A stretch of 64,000 nt of DNA from Mustelus asterias (lineage: Eukaryota): contig NW_027591538.1 in assembly GCF_964213995.1 (NCBI RefSeq), positions 1-64,000 of the forward strand, given 5' to 3'. Of the stretch, positions 50,104 to 61,235 are shown piece by piece. The notes beneath the pieces are model-generated. The model made no database searches and was not told the origin of the DNA. It saw nothing but the letters and a program-made list of their open reading frames with translations. The position numbers and the translations under genes were made by a program. Numbering within the stretch: position 1 is the first letter of the stretch; every line of letters begins with the position of its first letter.

Positions 50104-50436
50104 ATGGTCAGGATTTGCATCGACGTTTTGTTGTTTATCACTCTGATCTGCACGGGGATGACCGGAGAAGCTGAGTTGCTGCAGCTCCCTCCACGGATGG
50201 TTATCAGTGAAGCGAGAAATATATCCATGAACTGCACTATTTCCATTACGTTTGACATCGTGCGTTGGTATAAACAGCTCCCGAATCAGTCACCCCAGCA
50301 TCTGGTGATGGCCACAAGAGGAACCGATCAACACGGGAGGATCACTGCTTCGATCGGTGAAGGCAACAAACTCAGCATCCTGACTGTGAGGGACGTACAG
50401 GTTTCAGACACTGCCACCTATCTCTGCGCCGTGAGG
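50104..50436 (+). CDS. TRAV: TCR alpha/delta V segment V6 (family B), single exon leader+V
   Basis: MVRICIDVLLFITLICTGMTG-EAELLQLP...MNC...WYKQ...DTATYLCAVR. No leader intron. Confidence 0.91.
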
Positions 50437-50475
50437 CACAGTGTAAAAAACACAGGCAGGTCCCGTGCCAAAACC
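50437..50475 (+). other. 23-RSS of V6 (weak nonamer)
   Basis: CACAGTG - 23 nt - GCCAAAACC. Confidence 0.85.
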
Positions 50476-50836
50476 TGCACCGTTTTCAAAAACCGCTCCG
50501 CAGAAATATCAGTGTTTCAACAAGCGCGGTATTAAATTCCAATGGTAAGGGGAATGAGAGCGAAACATTTCTTGAATCAGAAAATTTTAAAAAGCTTAAA
50601 ATGAAGAGAGTTGGGAATGTATTCAAAGAAAATGGAAGAGGTTACATGCAAATCAGAATGAAAGAAAGACAAAGCGAAAAAGTGCAGTAAGAATACGTAA
50701 AGAGCCGGACTGTATGACCTGAAGCCAACAGACAGCACGGCCTCCCAGTCTTTCCTGTCGTCTATCACGCAAGTCTTGGACGACGGCGAGCGGGAGAGCC
50801 TGACAGACCGGTAGCTCTGGATGAGCTGACAAAGTC

Positions 50837-51379
50837 CCGTGTCTGCGTGGGTTTCCTCCGGGTGCTCCAGTTTCCTTCAACAGTCCAAAGATGTGCAGGT
50901 TAGTTTGATTGGCCATGATAAATTGACCCTAGTGTCAGGGGGATTAGCGGGGCAAATGTATGAGGCTACGGGACTAGGGCCTGGGTAGACTTGCGATAGG
51001 TACAGACTCGGTGGGCCGAATGGCATTTTTCTGTACTGTACAAATTCTATGATCTATGATTCTATTATGTGGATATGTGCCAGTCTTTACAGGTGACCGT
51101 GCGTGAACCTGTTTCCAATATGCGGCAGTGCTGTCCACGGGAGGGCGCTCTCTGATCACTTATGAAAAATCACGATTCCCTTCAGAGGGAGCGACTTTTT
51201 GATTAGGTTGATTGGCCATGCTAAAGTTGCCCTTAGTGTCCTGAGATGTGTAGGTTAGAGGGATTAGTGGGTAAAATATGTAGGGATATGGGGGTAGGGC
51301 CTGGGTGGGATTGTGGTCGGTGCAGACTCGATGGGCCGAATGGCCTCTTTCTGTACTGTAGGGTTTCTTTTCTATGATT
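50837..51379 (+). mobile_element. Two 5'-truncated HE1-type SINEs (about 50837-51066 and 51200-51379) in the V7 promoter
   Basis: V-domain and/or tail sequence. Confidence 0.8.
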
Positions 51380-51515
51380 GAAGATGTAAAAATGGGCGGA
51401 GAGACGGAGTCACTTTCGACCTCATAACATCCCCCTGACTGTTTCAACTTCTCCATTTCCAGGTCTTATGCAGACAGTGATCACTGCCTCTGTTTCTGGT
51501 GTTCAGACTGGAACT

Positions 51516-51989
51516 ATAGGGGTGAAAGTCTGTCTGTCTCTGGCTATTGCCCTGATCACAGGTTGGTCATTTTGAACCTTTGACTGAAATCCGCCAATCA
51601 CCATATTCATTGCCCATTTCCATTTCTAGGCGATTATTCCGTTGTTGTTACTCCTTCTAACCCGCTGCGTGTCTGTTGTCTATTTTCAGAGATGAGTAAC
51701 GGAGACTCAGTTTCCCAGGAGTTGACGCAGCAGAGGGCGAAGATTCAGCAATACCCTGCAGTTACTCTGTATCGAGTTCAGCTACAGTCTATGTCCTGTT
51801 CTGGTATCGCCAGTATCCACACCGAGCTCCTCAGTATCTGCTCAGACCCGATAGTTATGGGTTTACCGATACGGCTCCCGGCTTTGGACACTTCAGCGGG
51901 AATCTCAGCCAGACACAAAGCTCTTTTCACTTGTCCATGAAAGATTCCAAGATGACAGACAACGCCGTGTATTACTGTGCACTGAGACC
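51516..51989 (+). pseudogene. TRAV: TCR V pseudogene V7 (family A)
   Basis: Leader start codon is ATA (51516) and the second ATG of V1/V5 is absent. A 10-nt deletion in FR1 at about 51718 (TCAGAACCAG lost relative to V1/V5) shifts the frame. WYRQYP and YYCALRP remain in the shifted frame. Confidence 0.9.
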
Positions 51990-52028
51990 CACAGTGAATG
52001 AGGATCCCGCGGGCCTCGTACAAAAACT
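51990..52028 (+). other. 23-RSS of pseudogene V7 (intact)
   Basis: CACAGTG - 23 nt - ACAAAAACT. Confidence 0.93.
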
Positions 52029-52794
52029 GGCTCAGGTCCACAATCAATGGTTCCTTGTCCGCAAAACACATTGCGTTGAATTTCAGAGAAAATGCGCAGA
52101 TCATGACCCTGACAATGCAGCCCCAGCTGAGTGGCTTTCAGTCCCTAACGTCAGTGATTGTCACTGTTGGGGAAATGTGACATTTGGTGCTCAGTTTATT
52201 CCTGGATAAATCCAATCATTTCCTGATCCCAATCACACAAAACCCACAGATGTCCCGGGTGAATAACTTAATAAATCAGTACTTCCAATCTTTCTGTATC
52301 AGATGCCTATCTGTCAGGGGACACCTGTTAAATGTGATCTAATATCAAAGGCACACTCAGAGTTGTCACATTTTGAAGTTTCTGGACAGAAATAATGACT
52401 GATTGAATCAGTACTTTCCCAGTATAAGAGAAATCCCAGTGGAAAAGCAAGTCAATGTGGACTTGGGTGATGACTTATCCCCGGTATAAATAAAGCAGTA
52501 ACTACTATTATGTTCATGCAGTGGATGCACTCATTAATACCCGCAGAGTAAATGAGTGTAAATTATTTATTTCACTTTTAACTTTATTTAGAGAGAAAGA
52601 TCTATCTAAAAAAGGGGGACATTGAGTTCGAACGAAAGAGGGTTAACCGAGAAAGCGACAGTATAACTGATAATATTATTCACCTTTCATGGAGAGAGAA
52701 AGAGAGTGAGAAAAACACACACAGCCCGGGGTGGAATGTGTTTGGAGGGAGCCAGCTGTGTTTAGTCCTCCACTAGCAGTGTTTGGTCCACAGC

Positions 52795-52802
52795 TGACGT
52801 CA
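52795..52802 (+). promoter_or_regulatory. Consensus CRE in V8 promoter, next to E-box and CCAAT
   Basis: CAGCTGACGTCAGCCAAT about 140 bp upstream of the ATG. Confidence 0.6.
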
Positions 52803-52939
52803 GCCAATTGCAACACTGAGAAAAGCCCCCAATTTGCCTATTGTTGAAGCTGCCTCTGATCTGAGTTGACTCCGTGATATAAACTAGAAGCAACAACATA
52901 TTTTAAACAGTGTGGCTGTTTACTGTCCAATCAGGATCC

Positions 52940-53381
52940 ATGTGTTCCCTGCGTGTTCTACTGATAATAATGGTCATGCTGCCCGGTGAGTCTGAGCTCA
53001 GATCCTCAGTGTGTGTTTCATGGGTTATTTTCACTCAGATTTCTCACACATTCGATATGTTGTTACAGGAACCAATGGCCAAAGTTCAGTTTCCAAGGAG
53101 CCGCCTGAATTAACGGTTCAGGAAGGAGAGACGGTAATTTTGAACTGCAGTTACAAAGCAAAATACGCTGACCAAACTCTATTCTGGTACATCCTGTATC
53201 CCGGAGAAGCTCCGAGATATTTATTGAAAGGTTACGGCAAGGGGAAGGGGGATAAGTCTCCCGATTTTTCGGACCAGCTTTCTGCTAATTTGGACAGAGA
53301 CAAGATAACAGCTTCATTAAATATGACCGGGGTCCATGTCTCTGACTCTGCCGTGTATCTGGAACAGTGTGCGCTGAACCG
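52940..53381 (+). pseudogene. TRAV: TCR V segment V8 (family E): open frame but dead RSS; leader 52940-52985 + V exon 53069-53381
   Basis: MCSLRVLLIIMVMLP/GTGAGT...TTACAG/GTNGQSSVSKEP...WYILYPG...DSAVYLEQCALNR, with a 2-codon insertion before Cys104 relative to V12. Nonamer ACAAAAACC at 53408-53416 and the 23-nt spacer are present, but the heptamer is reduced to CAG. Confidence 0.85.
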
Positions 53382-54398
53382 CAGTTACAGAGACGCAGTT
53401 AGTCCGTACAAAAACCAGCAAAGGCATTCTCACCTCCTCTCACTGAATCCGATCTCTGAGCTGGATTGTGAACTGTTAATATAAACAAAATCATATCATT
53501 AAAACCAGTTAAACCGAATGATCACGTTTTTTGTGCTGAATGTCTGTCAGTGTATGTAAAATCCCTCTTTATAGTAGTTTCTCTGGTTTACGAGCAAATC
53601 TGAATGGGAGACACTGGTGCTGTTATTGCAACATGAAATAAAACTCATCAGAGTCATATCTCAAAAATCATCTCAGTCAAAAATTATACATTCGCTTTAA
53701 TGCACTCTATGTGTCAAAGAGAGCGATGATTGTACAGTCGTTTGATTTCTTGAAGGCAGTTGATAGATTTGTGGATATTCAGGGAAATAACGGATATCGA
53801 GGTAGTCATAGAGTCATAGAGGTTTACAGCATGGAAACAGACCCTTCGGCCCAACTTGTCCATGCCACCCTTGAATCCTTGTCATTTCTTTTATTTGTTT
53901 TTAATATCCCAGGCCTTTCTGTAAAACCATGCTCGTGTTACATAATTTGAAACCACAGCAACACTGATACAATTCGAACTCTTAATGAGGTTATCTCCAC
54001 ACATAGAAAGGATGTAAATTTGATTCCAGCTCACACATATCTGATATACCGATGGACTTATTGGGACAGAGACGGTCAGAAACAGAGCAATGGGGGCGAG
54101 ACAAACAGAGGCGGAATAACAGAGCGAGATCGACAGGCCACAAACGCAGAGAGAGCCAGAGAACCCTCGAAAGACAGGGAGAAAGAGAAACTCAGAACTT
54201 ATTAGTCGAGCGAACGCTGATTGATGCCCGACGATCATCAATCCTGAGAAAGCGGCCAATCCTGTCGCTGGGAAACGCCCCATAATTTCTGAGTAAATTA
54301 CGTTCCCGCTGATGTGAATTTCCGCTTGAATATCAGAACAGAAATGTCAACACATTTCAAATACTGCTTCATTTCTGCCGAACCCGAAACCAGACACC

Positions 54399-54940
54399 AT
54401 GTGCTCCTTACTTTGTTTGCTGATAATAATGGTCTTGCTGCCCGGTGAGTCAATAAACTCTGACAAAGTGTCATCCTGACTTGAAACTTTATCTCTGTTC
54501 GCCTCTCACAGATGTTGTCAGATCTACTGAAAATTTCGAGCATTTTCTTTTTTGAGTCAATGTTTAAATGATCAGTGTCTGTTCCATGGGCTCTCTTCCC
54601 TCCCAGATACTGAATAACTTCTGTGTTTTGTTACAGGGGCAAATGCTGAAGATTCAGTGTTTCAAGATCGATCTGAATTATCGGTTCTGGAAGGACAGAA
54701 CATAACACTGGACTGTAAATACTCGACAGCTGCTTTTCAAGCTGTGTTCTGGTACATCCAGTATCCCGGGCAAGCTCTGAGATATTTGATGAAGATATAT
54801 AGCTCGGGCAATACCGATAAGTCTCCGGATTTCTCAGATAGATTCTCGGCTGCTTTGCACAAAGGAAACAATACTGTTCCTTTAAATATCGCCAGAGCTG
54901 TTCTGTCCGACAGCGCCGTGTATTTCTGTGCCATGAAGCC
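54399..54940 (+). CDS. TRAV: TCR alpha/delta V segment V9 (family E-related), leader 54399-54444 + V exon 54637-54940; apparently functional
   Basis: MCSLLCLLIIMVLLP/GTGAGT...TTACAG/GANAEDSVFQD...LDCKY...WYIQYPG...DSAVYFCAMKP. Confidence 0.93.
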
Positions 54941-54978
54941 CACACTGGGACAGATGAAGCGAACACCGCACAAAAACC
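54941..54978 (+). other. RSS of V9 (22-nt spacer)
   Basis: CACACTG - 22 nt - ACAAAAACC. Confidence 0.9.
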
Positions 54979-55003
54979 CCAGACTGGGAGTTCCGGTTAG
55001 TGA

Positions 55004-55017
55004 TCAGCAGAGGGCGC
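55004..55017 (+). promoter_or_regulatory. CTCF motif 25 bp downstream of V9 nonamer
   Basis: TCAGCAGAGGGCGC. Confidence 0.6.
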
Positions 55018-57452
55018 TCCCGCACAGGATCACAAACAAAATATCAAAACAAAACACAACACTCAACACGAACATCTGAGCCACAGTTGAATTTTTAACT
55101 TGCAACAATACTAAAAATACATTCACAGTTCCTTAACTCACGCTTCAACCTTTGATGACATTTTCTTGCCTGTGTGAATTATTGTGCAGCACTTTCCCCA
55201 TCTTCACTCTCCTTTTCAAGGTCTCTTTGATCAACGGGTCTATTTGATCAGAGTATTTTGCTGCCTAAGGGACAGTTTATATTGGCATATACATTTCGCA
55301 AGGTTGTCATTGTGCTATTTAAAACAATCACTGAGAACAAGTTGCCATCAATGTTCATTCTCATTTTGAATGTCTGTCAAATGTTTTCTGACACAATTCG
55401 CAACCCAGTGTTTCTCTGTTACAATAATCAGACCAGCGACTTCATTCCCACCCCTGGCCCCCAACAATATAGCGATTTTCCGAATGAGCAAACTGATTAT
55501 ATCTCAGCTTGGGATATTTCTGCTCACTGAAACCCAGGTCTCCAGCTATAGGGCTAAAAACACCACTGCGACACGTTTTTTTTTCTTTCAAAAATATACT
55601 TTATTCACAAAAAAAAACTCTCCAATAAAACATTGCAAAATGGCACTGTAAGGCAGCAGTAACCACTGTGCCACTGTGTTCAGTAAACCTTTTTCATTCG
55701 ACAAACTTCTTTTTAAATTTACTGTCCAGAGAATTCTGCCTTTACCACAAAGAGGTCAGGGAACAGATAGAGAGAAACCATTTGTGTCCAGAACATTGTG
55801 AACATCCTTTTACTCTGGTTGCCTTTGATCCTCAAGTCTTTTTCTGTTTGTTTTAATCATGTTCTGTTTCATTAATAAACTTTTATCAGTAAAAATATTT
55901 GATTTTTCTGGACTTTTCCTGATGAGATTGATGCACTTTCGGGAAAGTGGGTGAGAGGGGTTGGCAGGCTCTTTAACAGAAAGTGAGTCCCTCTAAGGTA
56001 ATTGACAAAGGAGCCAGAGGGGGAGATGAGATTTTATTTTATTTTTTGACGCAGTGAGTTGTTCTGATCTGCCTGAAAGCAGATTCAATAGAATCGTTCC
56101 AAAGGGTAAAGACTTGAAAGGAAAGAATTTGCAGGGCTGTGGGGAAAGAACAGAGCAGTTGGATGAATCAGAGAGTCCTTTCAAAGAGATAGCAGAACAT
56201 GATGGGCTGAATGGACTCCTCCTGCAGCCTGGCAATCTCAGCCTCCTGCTTTTGTGCAGGTTAAAAGGGACAGATTTCATTGCAGCCTCTTCCCTGTATC
56301 TGTATTTAAAGAGACAGGTTTCTCTTTAGTTCTGAGTGACCGATATAATTGGTTGGAGGCCCATTTCCCAGTCAGTCCTCCAGCACCTTCCTGTCTCTCT
56401 ATTAGTGCGTCGCCCATGGCAGTTTCCCAACTGGGGCGCAGGCCCCATTATTCTCAGCTAAATTCAGCCCTCAGCTCCGTCGCCTGGCTGTCATTAACAC
56501 GAGCAATAGAGAGACAGAAAGGTGCCACAGGCTCAAATGGGAAGTCGAAACGTGTGGCTTTAAATGAACTGTTAGCATCTCTGACGATCAACAATTTTTA
56601 AAAATGAATTCTGAACCCAGTAAACAAATTAAAGAATCACATGACAAAACTTCAAGTTTTCTGATGTTTATTCCAACAAACTGGAGGCAACAATGATTAA
56701 ACACTTTTTTATAGGGAACATAGCCCTGAAACTGTAAAATTAAACTTTGCCCTTTTACTCTTAACACCATTAAATATCCACTCAATGGATACATTTTATT
56801 TTGCCTTGGAATGTTGACACTCCTTCTCCAAAAACCAGCCCAAAGTGATTCTTTCCTCCCCAAGGGTTTATTTCCATTGTTTTCCTTTTCCAGTCTGGCA
56901 ACCTTTAATCCCAGAACTGTCCTTCACAGTGATGGTTCTCCTGGACATTTTCCCACTAACACAAGCAAGGCGAATCTTCCAGCCTTGGTTCACAATTCTC
57001 AGGAATTTGTGACCAACATTCAACATCGGAGCAGAAGTCGGCCATTTGGCCCTTTGAGTCTGCTCCACCGTTTATTTACATCATGGCTGATCTATTTGTG
57101 TAGATTTCCACATTCCCGTTCTACACCCGATATTTTTGATTCCCTTATCCAACAAGAATTGGTATAAAGGCAAAATTCTGCTGTTGTTGGAATCTGAAAC
57201 AAAAACAGAAAATGCTGGACAATCTCAGCAAGTCTGACAGCATCTGTAGAGAGAGAATGGAGGCAACATTTTGAGTCAGGATTACTCTTTGTCAGAGGTG
57301 AAGGCAAGGAAAATCGGAAAAAATTGGGAAGCAATCTATTAAACCTCCTCTGAACCACTTTCAATGCATTTGTATCATTTCTTAAATAGGAGACAAAGCT
57401 GCACCCAGTGTTCAAGATGCAGTCTCAGCAACGCCCTGTATAACTGAAGCAG

Positions 57453-57560
57453 TGATGTGGAGATGCCGGCGTTGGACTGGGGTAAGCACAGTAAGAAGTC
57501 TCACAACACCAGGTTAAAGCCCAACAGGTTTATTTGGTAGCAAATACCATAAGCTTTCGG
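57453..57560 (-). mobile_element. 5'-truncated Penelope-like LTR fragment fused to V relic
   Basis: Same terminal sequence as 34215-34445; begins mid-ribozyme (GAAAGCTTATGG). Confidence 0.75.
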
Positions 57561-57744
57561 TAACAGAATCTCCATGACCCAGATCGGAAAAACATGTTCG
57601 AACGGAAACAGAGCAGACCGACTGAATCCGTAAGATTCAGTTCAAAAACAAGTTAGTAAAATTAAAGTGAATATGAAATGCGTTTGGTCCATAAGTACCT
57701 GTCAGGAAGGTTCCCCGCACAATCCAGATGCTGAGTAGCAGCAT
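57559..57744 (-). pseudogene. Truncated TCR V relic (family F): intact leader exon 57744-57699, V exon cut after 9 codons
   Basis: MLLLSIWIVRGTFLT/GTACTT donor, mutated acceptor (TTTTCCG), then DLGHGDSVT fused directly to a Penelope-like LTR fragment. Confidence 0.75.
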
Positions 57745-58257
57745 CGTTGTTGTCTGCTCTGTAAAAGGGGAGTTGGATATTTGAAGACACCCTTTCCAAA
57801 CTTCACCCTGTATATTTTGCTGCCGTGTCTCGGGATGCTCTCACTGCATTTCCCTGTGTCCGCGGGGGTGCTGTGGGGTTGGCAGCTGGTGAACTGTCTG
57901 CCAGTGAATGGATTCACCCCGAGCTGGGTTCACTCAGTGTTCTGATAGGGCGAATGGTTCCCCAGTTAGACACGTGGGAAGAGATTTGTAACCGGAAACA
58001 TGGGGTCACTGATGGGGTTTATTTATTCCGGCTTCAATTCTTCATCTCCGATTCCAGTAGAATCGATGCCAGTGAATGTGGGCGGATAAAACCCGAGTCT
58101 CAGCTTCTTTCATCAGTTCGACAGAGAGACGCCCCAGTTGGACACGAAGCAGGTGTTTGACTCCTTGTAAATTCTTCTGAATATTAAACCCAGGTCCTGG
58201 TTCTAATCTGAACTCCCTGGACAATTACTTCAGCAGAAATTTCATATGATCTGAAAA

Positions 58258-58590
58258 ATGCTCCGAATTTACAGATTCTGTTTGCTGTGTTTCGCTCTGA
58301 CCTGCACTGGGGTGACTGGAGCAGATGAGGTGATGCAGCTCCCTCGGCGGAAGGTTGTTAGTGAAGGGGGAACCGTATCCATGAACTGCACCACGATCAC
58401 TACATTTAGCAACCTACATTGGTACAGACAGTCCCCGAATCAGCCACCCCAGTACCTGGTGATGGCCACAAGAGAAACCGATCTACACGAGGGGATCACA
58501 GCCTCAATCGGCGGAGGCTACAAATTCAGCGCCCTGACTGTGAGAGACGCCGGAGTTACAGACACCGCCACCTATCTCTGCGCCGTGAGC
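58258..58590 (+). CDS. TRAV: TCR alpha/delta V segment V10 (family B), single exon leader+V
   Basis: MLRIYRFCLLCFALTCTGVTG-ADEVMQLP...WYRQ...DTATYLCAVS. Direct paralog of V2. Confidence 0.93.
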
Positions 58591-58629
58591 CACAGTGTGA
58601 CAAACACAGGGAGAGCCCATGCAAAAACC
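58591..58629 (+). other. 23-RSS of V10
   Basis: CACAGTG - 23 nt - GCAAAAACC. Confidence 0.93.
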
Positions 58630-60239
58630 TGCATCGACAGTGAGAGCCACTCTGCTGTGTCTGCAGGAGCGGCAGAGAGAGTGATGGGATTATTTTTTAA
58701 AATCCGTAAAGAAAGGAAATGAGCGCAACACAAAATAAAACATACAATCTAGTTATTGAAATCCCGTTAAAATGAAGATAGTTGAAAACAGATGGAGAAG
58801 AGGAACGAGGGAACATGTAAACTCGACTGAGTGAGAGGAAAACAGAACATAGGAAAGTTCAGTTATCATAGGAGAAGTGGTCAGAAAATGAATAAACTGT
58901 TGAAATAGAAATGGAAGAGATTGGAAAGTGTGATAGACAGTTTAAAAATCAGGTAATATCATGAATAAAGAGGGGATGGCCTAGTGGCATCATCGTGAGA
59001 TTATTAACCCAGAAACTCAGTTAATATTCTGGGGACCCCGGTCCGAATTCCTGCACGGCAGGTGGTGAAACTTGAACTCAATAACAATTTAGAATCTACT
59101 GAAACCATGAAACCATTGTAGATTGTCGGAAACACCCATCTGGTTCACTGATGTACTTTAGGGAAGGAAATCTGCCGCCCTTACCTTGTCTGGCCGACAT
59201 GTGACTCCAGAGCCACCGCAATGTGGTTGACTCTCAACTGCCCTCCAACGAGAGCCCGTGACGCCTAAGTCTCACAAATGACTCAAATAAACGCTGATAT
59301 TTACGAGATATTTAAACGGCTGAATTTCCTGAAACACCTCCTAAAATCCGGGCACTGGAAACTGCCCTATCGACAAATTTGCACTTTGCTCATTATCCGC
59401 ACATTGAAAGTTTCACAACCTGTGAACCTGTGATGGGTGTGTCGAGCTGCGGTTCCTAAGGGACCGTGTTAGAGAACTGGAACTGCAGCTCCGGGATCAT
59501 CGTCTGGTTAGGGAAAATGAGGAGGTGACAGACAGGAGCTATCAGCAGGTGGTCACACCAGGGCCAAGGGAGGCAGACAAGTGGGTAAGTCTGGAGAATT
59601 CAATTCACACCCCTGACTTGTACCTTGGAGATGGTGGACAGGCTTTCGGGAGCCACGAGGCGAGTTACTCGCCACAGGATTCCTAACCTTTGATCTGCTC
59701 CGGTAGCCACGGTATTCATATTCTTCGGTCCAGTTCAGCTTTCGGTCAACTCCCAGGATGTTGTTGGGGGTGGGGGAGAGGATGGGGGGGAGCAGAGGGG
59801 AGGATTCAGCGATGGCAATGCCATTGAATATCAAGCAAAGTTCGTCAGATCCTCTTCTTTTGGAGACGGTCATTGCCTGGAACCTGTGTGACCTGAACGT
59901 TGCTTCCACTTATCAGTCCAAACCTGAATATTGTCCAGGTCTTTCTGTATTTGTGCAGAGACCAAATGTCTGATTCCAGACAGTGTAGTATCATGTTTAA
60001 ATTAAAGAATGCGGATGATTTCCTCACCATAAAGCCCACACTCACTGAGCGACTGTTCCTTCAATCGGATTAGTTACATCCTGACTCTCAATATGTCTGA
60101 GAAAAGGAAAGTCGCTGTCAGGAATTGCAAAGCCCCGGGTAACCCCGCTCACCTGCTCCATTTCCTGCTCTAGTTCTGGCAGCTATTGCCTGCAGTCTGC
60201 TATTTGTAGGATTGCTGCAGCAACTGAAAACAGGCGTGA

Positions 60240-60278
60240 GGTTTTTGTACAGTGACGAGCGTCTTTCCTCTCAGTGTG
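60240..60278 (-). other. 23-RSS of V11
   Basis: CACACTG - 23 nt - ACAAAAACC on minus strand. Confidence 0.92.
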
Positions 60279-60688
60279 GGCTGTATCGCACAGTAATACA
60301 GAGCGGCATCCGCGCTCTCCGTGTTTCCAATAACCAACTGGCCCCGTTTGCCCGCAGTGGAAAGTTCCAATTCGAACCGGTCCTTTCTCTCTTTGCCATT
60401 CGATGATCTGCTTATTATCCACTCGAGTCCCTGACCGGGTTTTTGTCTGTACCAATACATTCCATCAATGCTGGACATATCATAACTGCAGTTTATCAGC
60501 ACCGAATCCCCGCTCTGGACTGTTCTCGCTGTGGGAGTTTGTGAAACTTGGTCCGAGCGACACCGATCTATAAAAAAACATTCATACAATGAGGCACTGG
60601 AGCAAAATTATTATAAATAAATAGCTCCACAAATAAATATCCTGCGCTTACAAGTTAGCACCACCAGAATGATAAGGAACAGTTTCAT
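60279..60688 (-). CDS. TRAV: TCR alpha/delta V segment V11 (family D), leader 60688-60652 + V exon 60567-60279; apparently functional
   Basis: Paralog of V4: ...INCSYDMSSIDGMYWYRQKPGQGLEWII...YYCAIQP. Confidence 0.93.
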
Positions 60689-61235
60689 TTGCACCGTGTG
60701 ATATAATAACAATGTCAGTAAGAATACGGAGCACAGCTCACAGCAGAAGAGCATGCATTGAATCAACGTCTTCAACATATGCACCAGATAAAGTTTCAGA
60801 CACTTGGGTTTTCTGCAATCTGATTGGCTGGAATCAGACTCCGTGCTTCCGGTATCAGGATGTGGGTTGTTGATCCGAAGCTGCTTCTCTTCCGGGTCAC
60901 GTGTGAACAAATCAATTGTCCAAAAAACAGGACACTGCTTTACTGCAGTAACTGTCATTTATAAAAGTGGTTAAAGTTTAACTTCACCAATAAAGGCATG
61001 ATTTTAAAATCAGGTTTGCCCTCATTTTAAAGTTATGTATGATAAATGCGTGATCAATAATATGTTGCAAATATTGTTTCTCGATTTACTTTTGCAAATA
61101 TAATTGATTCCCCTTGTGTTTCAAGGGGACTTAAAGACCAGCCAAGCTGGTCTTCATATGATTTGGGTTCAATTACAAATCCACATTGCAGCTCACAGAT
61201 CTGATTCAGTGAGAGGAGGTGAGAGTGCCTTTGCC

